A stretch of 61,607 nt of DNA from Chiloscyllium plagiosum (lineage: Eukaryota). A model generated the notes under the pieces. The model was not told the DNA's origin and did no database searches. It was given only the letters and a program-made list of their open reading frames with translations. The stretch covers positions 14,099,419-14,161,025 of the forward strand of contig NC_057752.1 in the NCBI RefSeq assembly GCF_004010195.1, given 5' to 3'. Position 1 is the stretch's first letter, and the number at the start of each line of letters is the position of its first letter. Shown here piece after piece: positions 37,030-50,356 of this stretch. Both the position numbers and the translations under genes were made by a program.

Positions 37030-37212
37030 GTTTAAAGCAAAAACAGAAAGTAATCAGCAAGTCTGGCAGCACCTGGAGAGAAACACAAGTTAATGCTTCA
37101 AGTCGATGAAGGGTTCCAGTAAACAGCCAGTGACCCTGAAGTGTTAACTCTGTTTCTTTCTTCACGAATGCAGCCAGACCTGCCAAGTATTTGCAGCATT
37201 TTCTGTTTTCAA
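37030..37212. mobile_element. Old Penelope-like inverted terminal pair
   Basis: Degenerate inverted arms homologous to 7250 and 17550. Confidence 0.55.
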
Positions 37213-38924
37213 TTGACCTTAAATTGCACTGTTACATTTTCATGGTGCGTTTCATCTCTGGTCTACGAAGCATTTCACCCTGAATATAGTTCAGTAGGTT
37301 TTACAGCTGAATTTCCAGTGTCCACGTTATTCTTCCTGCATTTACAGCTGAATTGCTTGAAGTGGGACAGACTCAGTATCTCTGTCCATTTTTAGCTGAC
37401 CCAGGTGTGTCTTATTGACGATGCCCCTAGGTGCCGAAAGTATTCCACGGTCTTATGATATATTATACTCAGGACAGGATGTGATGATGCTTTTTTCTGA
37501 CCTATTTTTGTACAGACTGGTAGGTGTTAGTTTGTCATTGATAACACCCAGGTTGCTGTTGACTCGACTTTAACCACAAGTATCTCAACACCCAGTTTAC
37601 TAAGCAATGAATATGTCTCTTTGAAGTAAACTGACAAGGAGTCACTGAGTTATCGAATAAAATATCAGGCAAAACTGCCACATTCTCAGAGGGGTGGAAG
37701 CTCTGAAAGTAAGAGACAAAATCATGCAACAAGGGAGACTTGTGAACAGCTTTCCACGTTTTTAGGTTTCCATGTTTTACAACAAAAGTGTGAGGAGTTG
37801 CTGGAGAAGATATCAAAAACAATTGAGACAAGGTACAAGAACAGTTCTGCCGGCCAGGAAAGACTGAGCAGGCTGTAGAAGACTGAAGAGCAACCTTATA
37901 ACAACCTTTTGAGATTTGGAAAGGGTTAGAGAAGGCAGATATGGAGGAAATGTTTCCAGTTGTGGGAGCTGGGAAGGGGTGTCCAGAGCTGAGAGACATT
38001 AATATAAGATGGCCATTATTGAGTCCAGTAGGGAATTCAGGTGGAATATCTTCATGTGAAAAATAGTTAAAATATGGAACTCATTCCCCTCAACATTGCC
38101 TTGTGGCAATAGCATAGATGCATTTGAGGGGGAAGATGGATGAACATGTGGGAGAAAGCAGGAGCAGGATATTTTGATAGCATTAGATCAGATGAGGTGT
38201 TGCTGTGGGGGCTGAATGGCCTGTTCCTATGATGTGGAATATCGGCTCTTTCTAATTCTGGTTCAATATAGAAGGGAACTATTTAGCTCCTCTCCAGTCC
38301 AGCTACATGTGAGTTCACGACCAAGGCTAATGTCCTGCTGCACCACTGGGTGCAACCCTTCATTTTGAATTGTGCCAAATTCCTGTGCCATACATAAGCC
38401 TTCCCTTTCCTCCTGAAAGTTGATGGCCCTTACTGGACTATGGTTTCCTGAGTTCTGGGACATTCCTCATGGATGAGCATAGGTATCAAAAAAGGATACA
38501 TCACCATGATATTGCACCACAAGAGCCGTCACAGCAGTGTTACAATTGACATTGTCCACACACACATGGATTTTCCAGCTGTTTGGATTCTCAGCCAAAA
38601 GCAGAAATCCTGATTTTGGGGGTTTTCCACCCTCATTCATTGCCCAGTCTAATTGTCATGGAACTGACTCTAAGCCATCTTGACCTCCACCCATGCATCC
38701 CCTGGACTGAGATCAGTCCAGATGCTCAGGCTAGGGCTGTGGACATCTCTGGCCTGTAACTTAAGGAGCTTTTTAAAAAAGAAAACAGTGTTGAGATACC
38801 AAGTCACACTTTGGTAATAAAGAGAGGAGGGGTATGCCACATGTTGTAAAAGTGCTACCGTGACTCTTTCAAACCACATTAAAGTTGCATTTGGTACATT
38901 TTGAGGTCAATTAAAGGTAATTGT

Positions 38925-40765
38925 TTTATTCATTCATGGGATGTGGGCACCTCTGGCTAGGCCAGCATTTATTGCCCATCCCTAATTACCCAGTTAAGAA
39001 TCAATCGCATTGCTGTGGCTCTGGAGTCACATAGAACATAGAACATAGAAGAATACAGCGCAGTACAGGCCCTTCGGCCCTCGATGTTGCGCCGATCCAA
39101 GCCCACCTAACCTACACTAGCCCACTATCCTCCATATGCCTATCCAATGCCCGCTTAAATGCCCATAATGAGGGAGAGTCCACCACTGCTACTGGCAGGG
39201 CATTCCATGAACTCACGACTCACTGAGTAAAGAACCTACCNNNNNNNNNNNNNNNNNNNNNNNNNNNNNNNNNNNNNNNNNNNNNNNNNNNNNNNNNNNN
39301 NNNNNNNNNNNNNNNNNNNNNNNNNNNNNNNNNNNNNNNNNNNNNNNNNNNNNNNNNNNNNNNNNNNNNNNNNNNNNNNNNNNNNNNNNNNNNNNNNNNN
39401 NNNNNNNNNNNNNNNNNNNNNNNNNNNNNNNNNNNNNNNNNNNNNNNNNNNNNNNNNNNNNNNNNNNNNNNNNNNNNNNNNNNNNNNNNNNNNNNNNNNN
39501 NNNNNNNNNNNNNNNNNNNNNNNNNNNNNNNNNNNNNNNNNNNNNNNNNNNNNNNNNNNNNNNNNNNNNNNNNNNNNNNNNNNNNNNNNNNNNNNNNNNN
39601 NNNNNNNNNNNNNNNNNNNNNNNNNNNNNNNNNNNNNNNNNNNNNNNNNNNNNNNNNNNNNNNNNNNNNNNNNNNNNNNNNNNNNNNNNNNNNNNNNNNN
39701 NNNNNNNNNNNNNNNNNNNNNNNNNNNNNNNNNNNNNNNNNNNNNNNNNNNNNNNNNNNNNNNNNNNNNNNNNNNNNNNNNNNNNNNNNNNNNNNNNNNN
39801 NNNNNNNNNNNNNNNNNNNNNNNNNNNNNNNNNNNNNNNNNNNNNNNNNNNNNNNNNNNNNNNNNNNNNNNNNNNNNNNNNNNNNNNNNNNNNNNNNNNN
39901 NNNNNNNNNNNNNNNNNNNNNNNNNNNNNNNNNNNNNNNNNNNNNNNNNNNNNNNNNNNNNNNNNNNNNNNNNNNNNNNNNNNNNNNNNNNNNNNNNNNN
40001 NNNNNNNNNNNNNNNNNNNNNNNNNNNNNNNNNNNNNNNNNNNNNNNNNNNNNNNNNNNNNNNNNNNNNNNNNNNNNNNNNNNNNNNNNNNNNNNNNNNN
40101 NNNNNNNNNNNNNNNNNNNNNNNNNNNNNNNNNNNNNNNNNNNNNNNNNNNNNNNNNNNNNNNNNNNNNNNNNNNNNNNNNNNNNNNNNNNNNNNNNNNN
40201 NNNNNNNNNNNAAGGCCAATGGCTCTGCAATCTCTTCCCTTGCTTCCCAGAGAATCCTAGGATAAATGCCATCAGGCCCAGGGGACGTATCTATTTTCAC
40301 CCTTTCCAGAATTTCCAACACCTCTTCTCTACATACCTCAAAGCCATCCATTCTACTTAATTGTGACTCAGTACTCACATTGACAACAATGTCCTGTTCC
40401 TGATTGAATACTGACGAAAAGTATTCATTCAGTGTCTCCCCAATCTCTTCAGCCTCCACACGCAACTTCCCACGACTATCCTTGACATGTTTGTTTATTT
40501 ATTGTTACATGTACCTAAGTACAGTGAAAAGCTTTGTTTATGTCGGCCAGACCAGGTAAGAATGGCAGTTTCCTTCCCTGAAAGACGTTAGTGAGCCAGA
40601 TGGGTTTTTCCTGACAATGGATTCATGGTCATCACTAGACTCTTAATTCCAAATGTTTTTTCTATTGAACTCAAATTCCACCATCTGCTGTGGTGGGATT
40701 CAAACCCAGGCTCCCCAGAATATGACCTGGGTCCCTGGGTTAATATTCCAGCACTAAACCATTGC
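38925..40765 (-). mobile_element. Family-B SINE split by a young CR1 (about 39033-40485, N gap) and a Rex-like tail (about 40490-40542)
   Basis: SINE CTGGAGTCACAT..GGCCAGACCAGGTAAG continuity; CR1 peptide LNEYFSSVF..SPGPDGIYPRILWE; AGAACAT tail repeats. Confidence 0.8.
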
Positions 40766-41594
40766 CTCCCCCAGAGAGTTTTTAGACTGTAAATGCTCCT
40801 CCCCCAGGGCCAATACACCAGCAGAAACAATTAGTCCCCTTTTCAAAATCATCTTTAAAAGATTGTTTGGCACCCATAACAGAATCTCACAGGCCCAATA
40901 CTTGAACCATCCTCATTGCATAATCTTGAGTGACAAGAGGGATTTCCATTTCTTAATTGTCCTTTTTTCTTGACAGTACCAATCCCTTTGCCACCACCAC
41001 CCCTAACCCATCCCACAACCCATTTATAGAATGCAAGCTAAAAATCTACAGGTTCGAAATCTGCTCAAAACTCTTTGCCACTTTAGCCATGAGTCAGAAC
41101 AGTTTAGGGCTAACTGACCCTTGGCTAACTGGGCTTATGTAGGACCAGCCCAGAATTCAGCAAACTCCTCTGCCTGACTGTGTCCTTTTGCTCTGTACAG
41201 CCCTCCTGGTGAACTTTGCGGCTGTGCCTAAGGTAATGAATCTGTAACTGGCACAACATGCTGATATGTATGAGGATCAGCTGGAGTGTAGCTTTCCTGG
41301 CTCAGAGTTGGAAGGCCCTGGGTTTGAGTCACACTCCAGGAATAAAGTGTTATGAAGGAATGTAGCAAACCAATGAATATTAAGTGACAGTCCTTAGCCT
41401 GGATACAGCGGGAAGATCAAGCCACCTGCAAAACCCAAAAAGATTTGGATAAGAGGGCTGAGGTGGTCGACCAGCATTTTAGTGACCCCTCCCCACCTAC
41501 ATAACCTAGGCCAAGCCAAAAAGCAAATGAACCAGCCATTGGTGTACATGCTGAAAAAAAAAACGGCACACAGTTACATTGCACCTTTAACATA

Positions 41595-41950
41595 ATATAA
41601 GAAACAGGAGCAGGAGTAGGCCATCTGGCCCACCAAGCCTGCTCTGCCATTCAATAAGATCATGGCTGATCTTTTCATGGACTCAGCTCCACTTACTTGC
41701 CCATTAACTACTACCCTTAATTCCTCTACTGTTTAAAAATCTATCTTTGCCTTAAAATCATTCAGCCGAGTAGTCTCAACTGCTTCATTGGGCAGGGAAT
41801 GGGTCACAGATTCAAAACCCTTTGGGTGAAGAAGTTCCTCCTAAATGCAGTCTTAAATCTGTTCCCCCTTAATATGAGGCTATGCCCCCTAGTTCTAGTT
41901 TCACCCACCAGTGGAAACAACCCCCCCCCCCTTGTCTTATCTACTCCCTA
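41595..41950 (-). mobile_element. CR1 3' end
   Basis: ATAAGAAACAGGAGCAGGAGTAGGCC reversed tail; TGGGTGAAGAAGTTCCTCCT (RNFFTQ reversed). Confidence 0.8.
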
Positions 41951-43069
41951 TATAATGAACATAATCACAATTATCACGCAAGGTTTTACACATAAGGAAA
42001 TGTTAGGGCAACTAACCAAAGGGTAGGCCAAACAGGTCCATTTTCAACAGTGTCTTAAAGGAGGAGAGAGCCGGGGAATTTACAGAAGGAGCTCGAAGCT
42101 TGAACACAGCTGAAAATATGGCAGCTTATGGAGCAGTGATTAAAATCAGAGCTGCATACGAGGCCAGAATTGGAGGAATGCAGAGTTACACAAGTCATCT
42201 CTCTTCATTAAAGATCTAGAACATTCTCTGTAAGTGTCTATAGAACATTTATTTATGAGCTTCAGCCAAGGTTGGTGAGTAAAGGACATCTGAATGTGCT
42301 TTAACTCTTTTCAGTCCTCTGGCTCAAATTAACATTGTTTTCTAACCCCTTTTACTGACATGGCTCCAGCCAGTCTCAGTGCAGGTTTTTTTACCCTTTC
42401 AGCTTGTTGTTGGCGTGGCGAGGAGTGACCTAGTAAAGGTAACTATGGTGATATTCAGTGGCAGATGTCACATTGGTCTGCATTCAAAGTGGGCTGGAAG
42501 TGTGGTACCATTTTCCAGACTCAACTCCAGCAGCGATTGTGGGAGCACGGAAAGACTTTGAGAAACTGCATTTGTAGTGTTGATAAGCAGGTTGGCACAT
42601 AGTCTCGTTACATACACTGGTTTGTCTGTATTTACCACCTCCCTGCAATGAGGAGCTGACTCTTCCTGGTGACTGGTTCAGCTGACCTTCGGTTGACCAC
42701 ACCAATATCATATCCAGGTGGGCACTCCTCACAACGTGACTATTTGTGGGAAATTCAACAGTGGCGGGCATCGTGGCTCAGCATCGTCCCACCTTCAGCC
42801 AATATTCAGGTTGCCTTCAGCCACCAAGTGAGGGCAAAACTACCGATCTTATGCACAAGCCACCCAATTCAGAAATATTATTCTAGATTTGCATAAGTGT
42901 AGCTGCCCCCTCCTACCCTGTCGTTTTCCTTTGTAGTTTGTTTTCTCCTTACCTGAAGGAAAGGTCAGAGTCCGTTGAGACTACAACTGTGGAACTGGGT
43001 AAAGCTAAAGCAGAAGCCAGTTGATTGCAAGTGGAAGGGAAGGCTTAGGACAATATAAGTAGTCCCAGA

Positions 43070-43428
43070 CTGGTGGCATTATTGCTGGGCTAGTTGTCTA
43101 AACTAGTAGGTTAATGGTTTAAATCCTGGTTTCACACCGCAGAAATGTGAAATTTGAATTTGGAATGTCTAGAGTTCAGAGTTAGCTTAATTGTAACGAC
43201 TGATGATTTTTGTAAAACCCATCTGGTTCACTAATGCCCTTCAGGAAAGGAAATCTGCTGTCCTTGCCTTGTCTGGCCTTCCTGTGATTCCAGACCCTAC
43301 AGGGATGTGTTTACTTCTTAACTGCCCCTGAAATGGTTATACAAACTATTCAGTTCAAGGGCAATTCGAGATGGACAGTGGATATTGGTCTAGCCAGTAG
43401 TGCCTACATCCTGTGAATGAATTGAAAA
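43070..43428 (+). mobile_element. Family-B partner SINE
   Basis: Homologous to 25695-26050. Confidence 0.75.
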
Positions 43429-43599
43429 AAATGCTTTTTGAAGCTTTGGAAAATGAATGAACTACAGTGGAAAGCTTTCATTTCAACCCAGGGACAACAC
43501 AAAGAAGAGAGGCAGTGATGTGACCATGGTGTAGTAAGACCCCATGTAAACAGCTTCATGATGAAAGCTGCAAACCAGTGGAAAAGGAGCATAGGATCC

Positions 43600-43975
43600 C
43601 TAACAAAAACAGAAGTTGCTGGAAAAGCTCAGCAGGCCTGGCAGCATCTGTGAAGAGAAATTGAAGTTAACGTTTCTGGTCCAGTGACCCTTCCTCAAAA
43701 GAGTGTAGAGCCCCTACAGTGTAGAAGCAGGCCATTCAGCCCAACAAGTCCACACTGACCCTCCAAAGAGCATCCCAACCAGACCCTATACCTGTAACCC
43801 CACATTTGTCATGGCCAATCCACCTAACATGGACACCTTTGGAGCTATAGGAGGAAACCCACACAGATACAAGAAGAATGTGCAAACTCCACACAAACAG
43901 TTGCACAAAGGTGGAATCAAATCCAGATCCCTGGCACTGGAAGGCAACCGTACTAACTACTGAGCCACCATGCTA
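43600..43975 (-). mobile_element. Penelope-like terminus (43600-43697) followed by an HE1-like SINE
   Basis: GTTAACGTTTCTGGTCCAGTGACCCTTCCTCA, then reversed HE1. Confidence 0.7.
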
Positions 43976-45144
43976 CCTTTTACATAATCAAGATCATTAC
44001 TGGGGGAATGAGGCAGGGAGAGTGGGACTGACTGCATTGCTCTGCACAGAGCCCAGATGTACTTGATGTGGCCAAATAGGCTGTACTGCAAGTGACTGTG
44101 ACTCAGAGTCAGAGTGACATATTCTAAGAAACCACAGTAAAAACCCACTCACTGCTAATGACTCCCTGCTGTTTCTGTCTATCTAGTAACTTGTTCGCTA
44201 TTGAACGTTTCACTAAGCGCACAGTCCTTGCAGTCTGGCTTTTTTTAGATAGAAGAGATTTAGTATGTGTCAGTACAGGATGCCTACCTTTTATTTTGGA
44301 GGCCAGACTATTCTCATCCCTTTGTACTCATCCAGGGTGATACTTTGGTTGTTGATGCTATAAAACATTAACTGTTTACTTTTCCTACTGCCCACAGGAG
44401 CCCCCTTCCCACCGAGTTACCTAAATCATCTCCATTTTTGGCTTTGTGTATTTTTGTTGAAAGTATCTTCCACTGAAGAAAGACATAATAGCCTTTGCGT
44501 TTGTGAAATGGAATAAAAACTTGCGCTGATCTACAAGAAAAAGGGGAAAAAAGTGCAGGAAATTGCAAGGATAATGGTGAGATCTTAAGGCTGCAAGGGG
44601 AACCAGATGGCGAACCTGTTGGCAGAATGTTTCTGGGGAGGTACTGACCATTGGTGCAGTGTTGGGTTCAACAAATGTGGTCTGCTGCCAGAATATTTAC
44701 CACCAAGAGCTTCAGAGTTAAGCAGCGACTGAGGCACATGTGGCAAGTGCGCTAACAGTTGAGGTTACATTTCACAATGAATTCTGGGTCAAAGGTGAGG
44801 CTATTTCTGTTGTCAAACACCGTGGTAGAACCTGAAACATTTGGAGCAAACATGCCCCGTTAACCAGATACAGCTATATTTTTTTATTCATGTGGCTTTC
44901 AGATGGTGGCAGGGCCACACAATTAGGGAAATTCCCTGCCAAAATGTGTTTGCAAGAGCTCACCACCAGGTGGCCCTCCAGCAAAATGCATATAAATACC
45001 TGCCAAATCCCACTTTGTAATTCCAATGTGCCCATCCGTGAAGTAACTGAACTGATTTAATGACAGATTTCTTATGACTAACAGTTCTTTAATGTTTTGC
45101 TAAATATAGTCAAGCCACTCTTTCACTTCACTGGCAGGAGAAGA

Positions 45145-46770
45145 AGAGTCAAGAGTAGCTTTATTTGTCATTTCTACCATATACAACTGATACAGTAAAA
45201 ACAAGACAGTGTTCCTCCAGGAATAAGGTGCTACATGGATAGCACAAACTACACGATCGGACACAAGGTGGCATAAAGTGCATAAGAAGTGCAAAACACA
45301 CAAGACAGCACAGTGATTTCTGACACTTCAAGACAATAGGCACAGTGGTGTACAAATTACAGTGTAATAAAAGAATGATAATTAGTAAAATATTGTTCTA
45401 GCAGCAATTCAAAGTTGTGGCAAGAGTTTCAGGTGGAATAGAGTCTGATTATATAGTGTTAAGGAACCTGATGGCTTGGGGGAAGAAACTGTTGCACAGT
45501 CTGGCTGTGAGAGACCAAACACTCCGGTATCTTCTGCCAGATGGCAGGAGGGAGAAGAGTTTGAGTGAGGAGTGTGTGGGGTCTTCCACAATGCTCTTAG
45601 CCTTTCGGATGCAGCGTGTGGTCTAAGTGTCTGTAATGGAGGGAAGAGAGACCCCGATGGTCCTCTCAGCTGTATTCACTATCCATTGTAGGGAATTACA
45701 ATCCAAGACAGTGCAATTCCAAAACCAGGCAGAGATGCTGCAGCTCAGGGTACTCTCAATAAACCCTCTGTAGAATGTGGTGAGGATGGGGGTGGGAGGT
45801 GGGCTTTCCTCAACCTACACAGAAAGTAGCGACGCTGCTGGGCTTTCTTGTCGATGGAGCTGGTGTTGAGGGTCCAGATGAGATTCTCCGCCAGGTGGAT
45901 GCCAAGAAATTTGGTGCTCTTCACGATCTCCATGGGGGAGCCATTGATGTCCAGTGGAGAATGGTCGCTTGGTGCCCTCCTGAAGTCAACAACCATCTCT
46001 TTCATCTTGTCCACATTCAGAGACCGTTTGATGGCTCTGCACCAGTCTGTTAGCCGTTGCAGCTCCTCTCTATATGCTGACTCATTGGTCGTGCTGATGA
46101 GACCCACTGCAGTCATATTATCAGCGAACTTGATGATGTGATTCGACCTGTGCGTTGCTGCACAGTTGTGTCTCAGCAGGGTGAGCAGCAGTGGACTGAG
46201 CACACAGCCCTGGGGGCCCTCGTGCTCAGTGTAATGGTGTTGGAGATGCTGTTCCCAATCCAGACTAACTGAGGTCTCCCAGTCAGGAAGTCCAGGATCC
46301 AGTTACAAAGGGTGGTATTTGGGCCCAGCAGACTCAGCTTTCCAACCAGGTGCTGAGGAACGATAGTGTTAAATGCAGAACTGAAGTCTATGAACAGTAG
46401 TCTGACATGGGGGTCCTTCTTCTCCAGGTGGGTGAGGGCCAGCTTGAGGGTGTTGGGAATGGCATCATCTGTTAAGCAGTTTGGACGAGATGTGAACTGC
46501 AGGGTCTTAATATTCCTCATCACAAGCCTCTCAAAACACTTCATGATGCTGGGTGTTAGCGCAATGGGGCGGTACTCGTTGAGACAGGACACTGGAGACT
46601 TCTTTGGCACGGAGACGATGACAGCGGCCTTGACGCATGTTGGAACTATGGCTCAGCTCAGGGAGATGTTGAAGATGCCTGTGAGAACATCCACCAGTAT
46701 GTCAGAGCATCCTCTGAGCACTCTGTCAGGGATGTTATCTGGTCCAGCAGCCTCACGTGGGTCAACTCTG
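45145..46770 (-). mobile_element. Rex1/Babar LINE RT plus 3' UTR
   Basis: [64 protein letters not shown]. Confidence 0.9.
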
Positions 46771-47289
46771 CATAGAAGAAAGAAAAGCATATTTACGTGA
46801 AATATCTGTTTCTATCACTTAGTTGTTAAGATTTGCCTTTTTTTTGGTACATTTGTTTGCTGCAATTTGGGTCAATCACATTGCATTCAGTCCATGTCAG
46901 AGAGAGGGAGGGAGCTTGTTGCAAAAGATTTGAGTCCATGCTCAATTAGGGTGTAGGAAAAGGGATGCCACATGTCAGATAGTGTGTAAAAAGAGTTTTT
47001 CTTTCCACAAAATCTGGTGGTCTCATTCTTTGCCTTTGCCAAGGCTCCTCTGCTTGCTACCCGCTGTATATTGGCACTCAAAATTTCGAAAAGGTAGACT
47101 TGGGAAGCCAACCCTTGGTCTGTCAGCTCGGGCAAGGGACTTGAGGTAGCAGAAAATAAGATTTGCAATGTGTATAATTCTCACTTCTGTACTCATGATT
47201 TGCATTTCAATTGTGCCTTGTCCCAGTATAAATATGTGGTGAAATAAGTTGAATTTAAAGTTGCATTAAGTAATGTATCAGTACAGTGA

Positions 47290-47940
47290 CATATAGATCA
47301 CATACAGACAGGGGGGTTAAGAAGGTGCTTAGCATATTTGCCATCATTACTCAGTCCTTTGAGTGTAGGAGTTGGGACATCATGTTGAGGTTATACAGGA
47401 CATTGCTGAGAACTCTGTCCAGTTCTGGTCACCCTGTTCTCGGAAGGATATTATTAAGCTGAAGAGGGTTCATAAGATATTTACCAGGATTTGAAGGGAA
47501 TGGAGGCTTTGAGTTAGAAGGAAAGGCAAGATAGGCTGGGACCTTTTTCACTGGAATGTAGGAGGCTGAGGGGTGACCTTATAGAGGTTTAAAAAATCAT
47601 GAGGGTTATAGATAAGATGGATGACAGGTGTCTTTTCTCTCGGGTGGGGGATTTCAAGATTAATGGGCATATTTTTAAGATAATAGGAGAGAGATTTAAA
47701 AAAGACGTGAGGCAATTGTTTTACACAGTGTGATCCATATGTGGAATGAACTTCCTGAGGAAGGGGTGGATGTGGGTACAGTTACAATGTTTAAAAGATA
47801 TTTGGTTAAGTACAGGAATAGGAAAGGTTTGGAGGGATATGGGCCAAATGCTGGCAGGTGGGACTAGTTTAGTTTTGGAACATGGTCGGCATGGACTGGT
47901 TGGACCAAAAGGTCTGTTTCTGTGCTGTATGACTCTATTC
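47290..47940 (+). mobile_element. CR1 3' fragment
   Basis: AGGCTGAGGGGTGACCTTATAGAGG motif and TATGACTCTAT tail. Confidence 0.85.
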
Positions 47941-48842
47941 ATATATTAGTGAGGGCAGTCGCCATTTTATTGCATGACAAATTTGGGAACAGCGATGAGA
48001 GAAATGATTGGCTAATCTTGTTTGTGGGATCAGTTGGTCAGGATGCCATCCCGGTCCCCCAGGGGATCATGGGATGTGAGGAGAGGCAGGAAAATTGAGT
48101 TAAGGCAGGTTAGGATAGTGTGATGGGCCTGGTCCTGTCAGGATCCTACTTAAGTTCCTGGAATTCTTCCAACACTGGGGTAGGTAAGCAGAGCTAGTGA
48201 GGGAGGGTTCTTTAATGCCTATTCAAGCAAGGAAATATGGCCTCCTTTGAGAGAAAGAACTTAGAATCATAGAATCGCAACAGTGTGGAAGTAGGCCATT
48301 CAGCCCATCGAGTTCACACCAACTCTCTGAAGGATACTGAAGTGTTGGCTGCTGGGCTTGAACTCCTCAATGTGCTGTTAGCAACTGAGACACACTGGCA
48401 TAGTTTGGTCAAAAAAAAGTCAGAAATGGCTTTGATCGACCTTGCCCTCTGCTGGCTCACATTTTCTTTTTGTTCTGAACATTTGCTGTTGACGTACTCA
48501 TGTATGGCCCAAGGGATGAGAGGGAGGGGAACTTGCGTGTGTTGCTGGAGCAACATGTGCATCTCCTGGAAGCCACTGCAGTTCCAGGAGTTCCGAGCAC
48601 AGAAGAACAGGACATGCTAATAAAGCACCCTCTCCATTCTATTGTGTTCCCAACAATAGTGTCTGCTTGCTTCAGCCCCACGGCATCTGATTGCGTTTAA
48701 TCATTGCTGGCTGACCATTAACTATCCAGATGTAGGTTCTGAGAGAAATAACATACAAGTTTGCTGATGGCAGGATTTATGCATGTGTTGGATTGCCCAA
48801 ACAAGGGAAGCGGTCGTGTTTTTTTTTTGAGAATTAAAATTA

Positions 48843-49840
48843 GGTTTTATTATCATGTGTACACAAGTGCAGGGGATGCGGGAGTACAGTGAAAAGTGTA
48901 CTATGTCACCGTTTCCGGTGCCATCTTAAGTACAAAGTCTTAGCTAAAAAGTGAAAAAAAGGAAATAAGTTAAAATTCAACACTATAGTTCTTGTCAGTA
49001 TGCAGTAATAAATAAGCAAAAAGATAAAAGTTCCAAATTACAATCCTTCTTTATCCATGGGCATGAGTTGCATCAAGCTGGATCTCTCCGCTGCACTGGG
49101 TTTTATCCCTCGATCCCTGCCAATGTCTCACTGCTGGCTGCCATCCAGGCAGTGGTGAATGTCAAGCAAGCTTGTGTAGTAAGTGCTGTTAGCTACACAT
49201 ACACACTTACAAGAAAAGAAGAGAAATGGACTATGGGCCAACTGCAATATGGCAGAACCAGGTTCAAGAGCTAAATGGTCTCGTCCTGTTCCTGTCATCT
49301 TAGGTGCACCTTCTCTGCAGCTGTAACACTGTATTCTCACTCCGTTCTACTACCCTAATGCACTTTGTATAGTTTGATCTGCCTGTATAGCATGCAAAAC
49401 AGCATTTTTCACTCTATCTTGGTACATGTGACAACAATTAAATCAATCAGTCAATCTTAAACTGTTTTGCATAGGATCCTTTGGCATTGTGACACAGTCA
49501 AAAATGAATACATTTTCCAATGCTATTCCATTTATAAATATGAATAAAAAGTCTCAAGATGGCAGCAGGTATCACTTTTCTGGAGGGACACAACGGAGAT
49601 GTATATTTTATATATATAAATATATATCTCTGTGATGACAAATGGCCACTTATGTGTGTTTAGAATGTCTGCTGTCATAAGGCCAACTACTTGCACTGCA
49701 CTCTTGTGTTCTGTTACAAATTATTTGTGGCTGTGTGGTTATTCTTAAGATGCTGTACCTTGATACCTAAGATGGCACTGTACATGGTGACATAGTAAAC
49801 TTTTCACTGCACTCATGTGAGTACATGTGACAATAAAGTT
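48843..49840. repeat. Inverted pair of Rex-like tail sequences (about 48843-48937 and 49755-49838)
   Basis: GAGTACAGTGAAAAGTGTACTATGTCACC..GTGCCATCTTAAGTA versus reverse-complemented GAGTGCAGTGAAAAGTTTACTATGTCACC..GTGCCATCTTAGGTA. Confidence 0.75.
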
Positions 49841-50206
49841 AATTCTAATGGGCAAAACATGAATTAAGCCATCACATTAAAAAGAAAAGTCAGCATTGCA
49901 GGTCATGTAAGTACTTTTTCAAAAATCTACTTTCCAATGCATAAAGTCTTGGGTGCAGACTGAAGAAAAAATGACCAGCTTACATTCAACAAACTTGGCA
50001 TAAACTCAATTTGAAAATTGAGTCAAAAATAGCTTAAGAATCCTGAATAAAAGAATGGAATAAGAGGGCATGAGGGTAGCATTTGAGTGCCAAATTTGAC
50101 CTGGATTGACTTACTGTTACCATTGCACGTACAATTCTAATGCCAGTGAGCTTGGCAGTTTGTTGAATTTAGAGTAGTGTTGACATATGAACACATTTGG
50201 CCATCT

Positions 50207-50219
50207 TGACCTTTGACCT
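50207..50219 (-). promoter_or_regulatory. Perfect DR1 nuclear-receptor element containing an NBRE
   Basis: TGACCTTTGACCT equals AGGTCA-A-AGGTCA on the minus strand; AAAGGTCA at 50207-50214. Confidence 0.45.
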
Positions 50220-50356
50220 CAGGTGAAATAAAACTGTTATATGACAGCACCAGATATCAGTCGCTTTAGAATCTGTTTTTAGTAAGTAGTGCAAGATGTA
50301 ATGAAGACCAAAATACACTCTAACTTGAATAGTTTTAATATGTTTCCCTTGCAGAG

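Noticed and set aside
39220..40465. 350- and 409-aa ORFs
   Set aside because: Artefacts of translating through the N gap in a CR1.
42960..42967. Isolated NBRE octamers (also 13294, 22246, 52276, about 53314)
   Set aside because: An 8-mer is expected about twice by chance in this length on two strands, and some of these lie in repeats.
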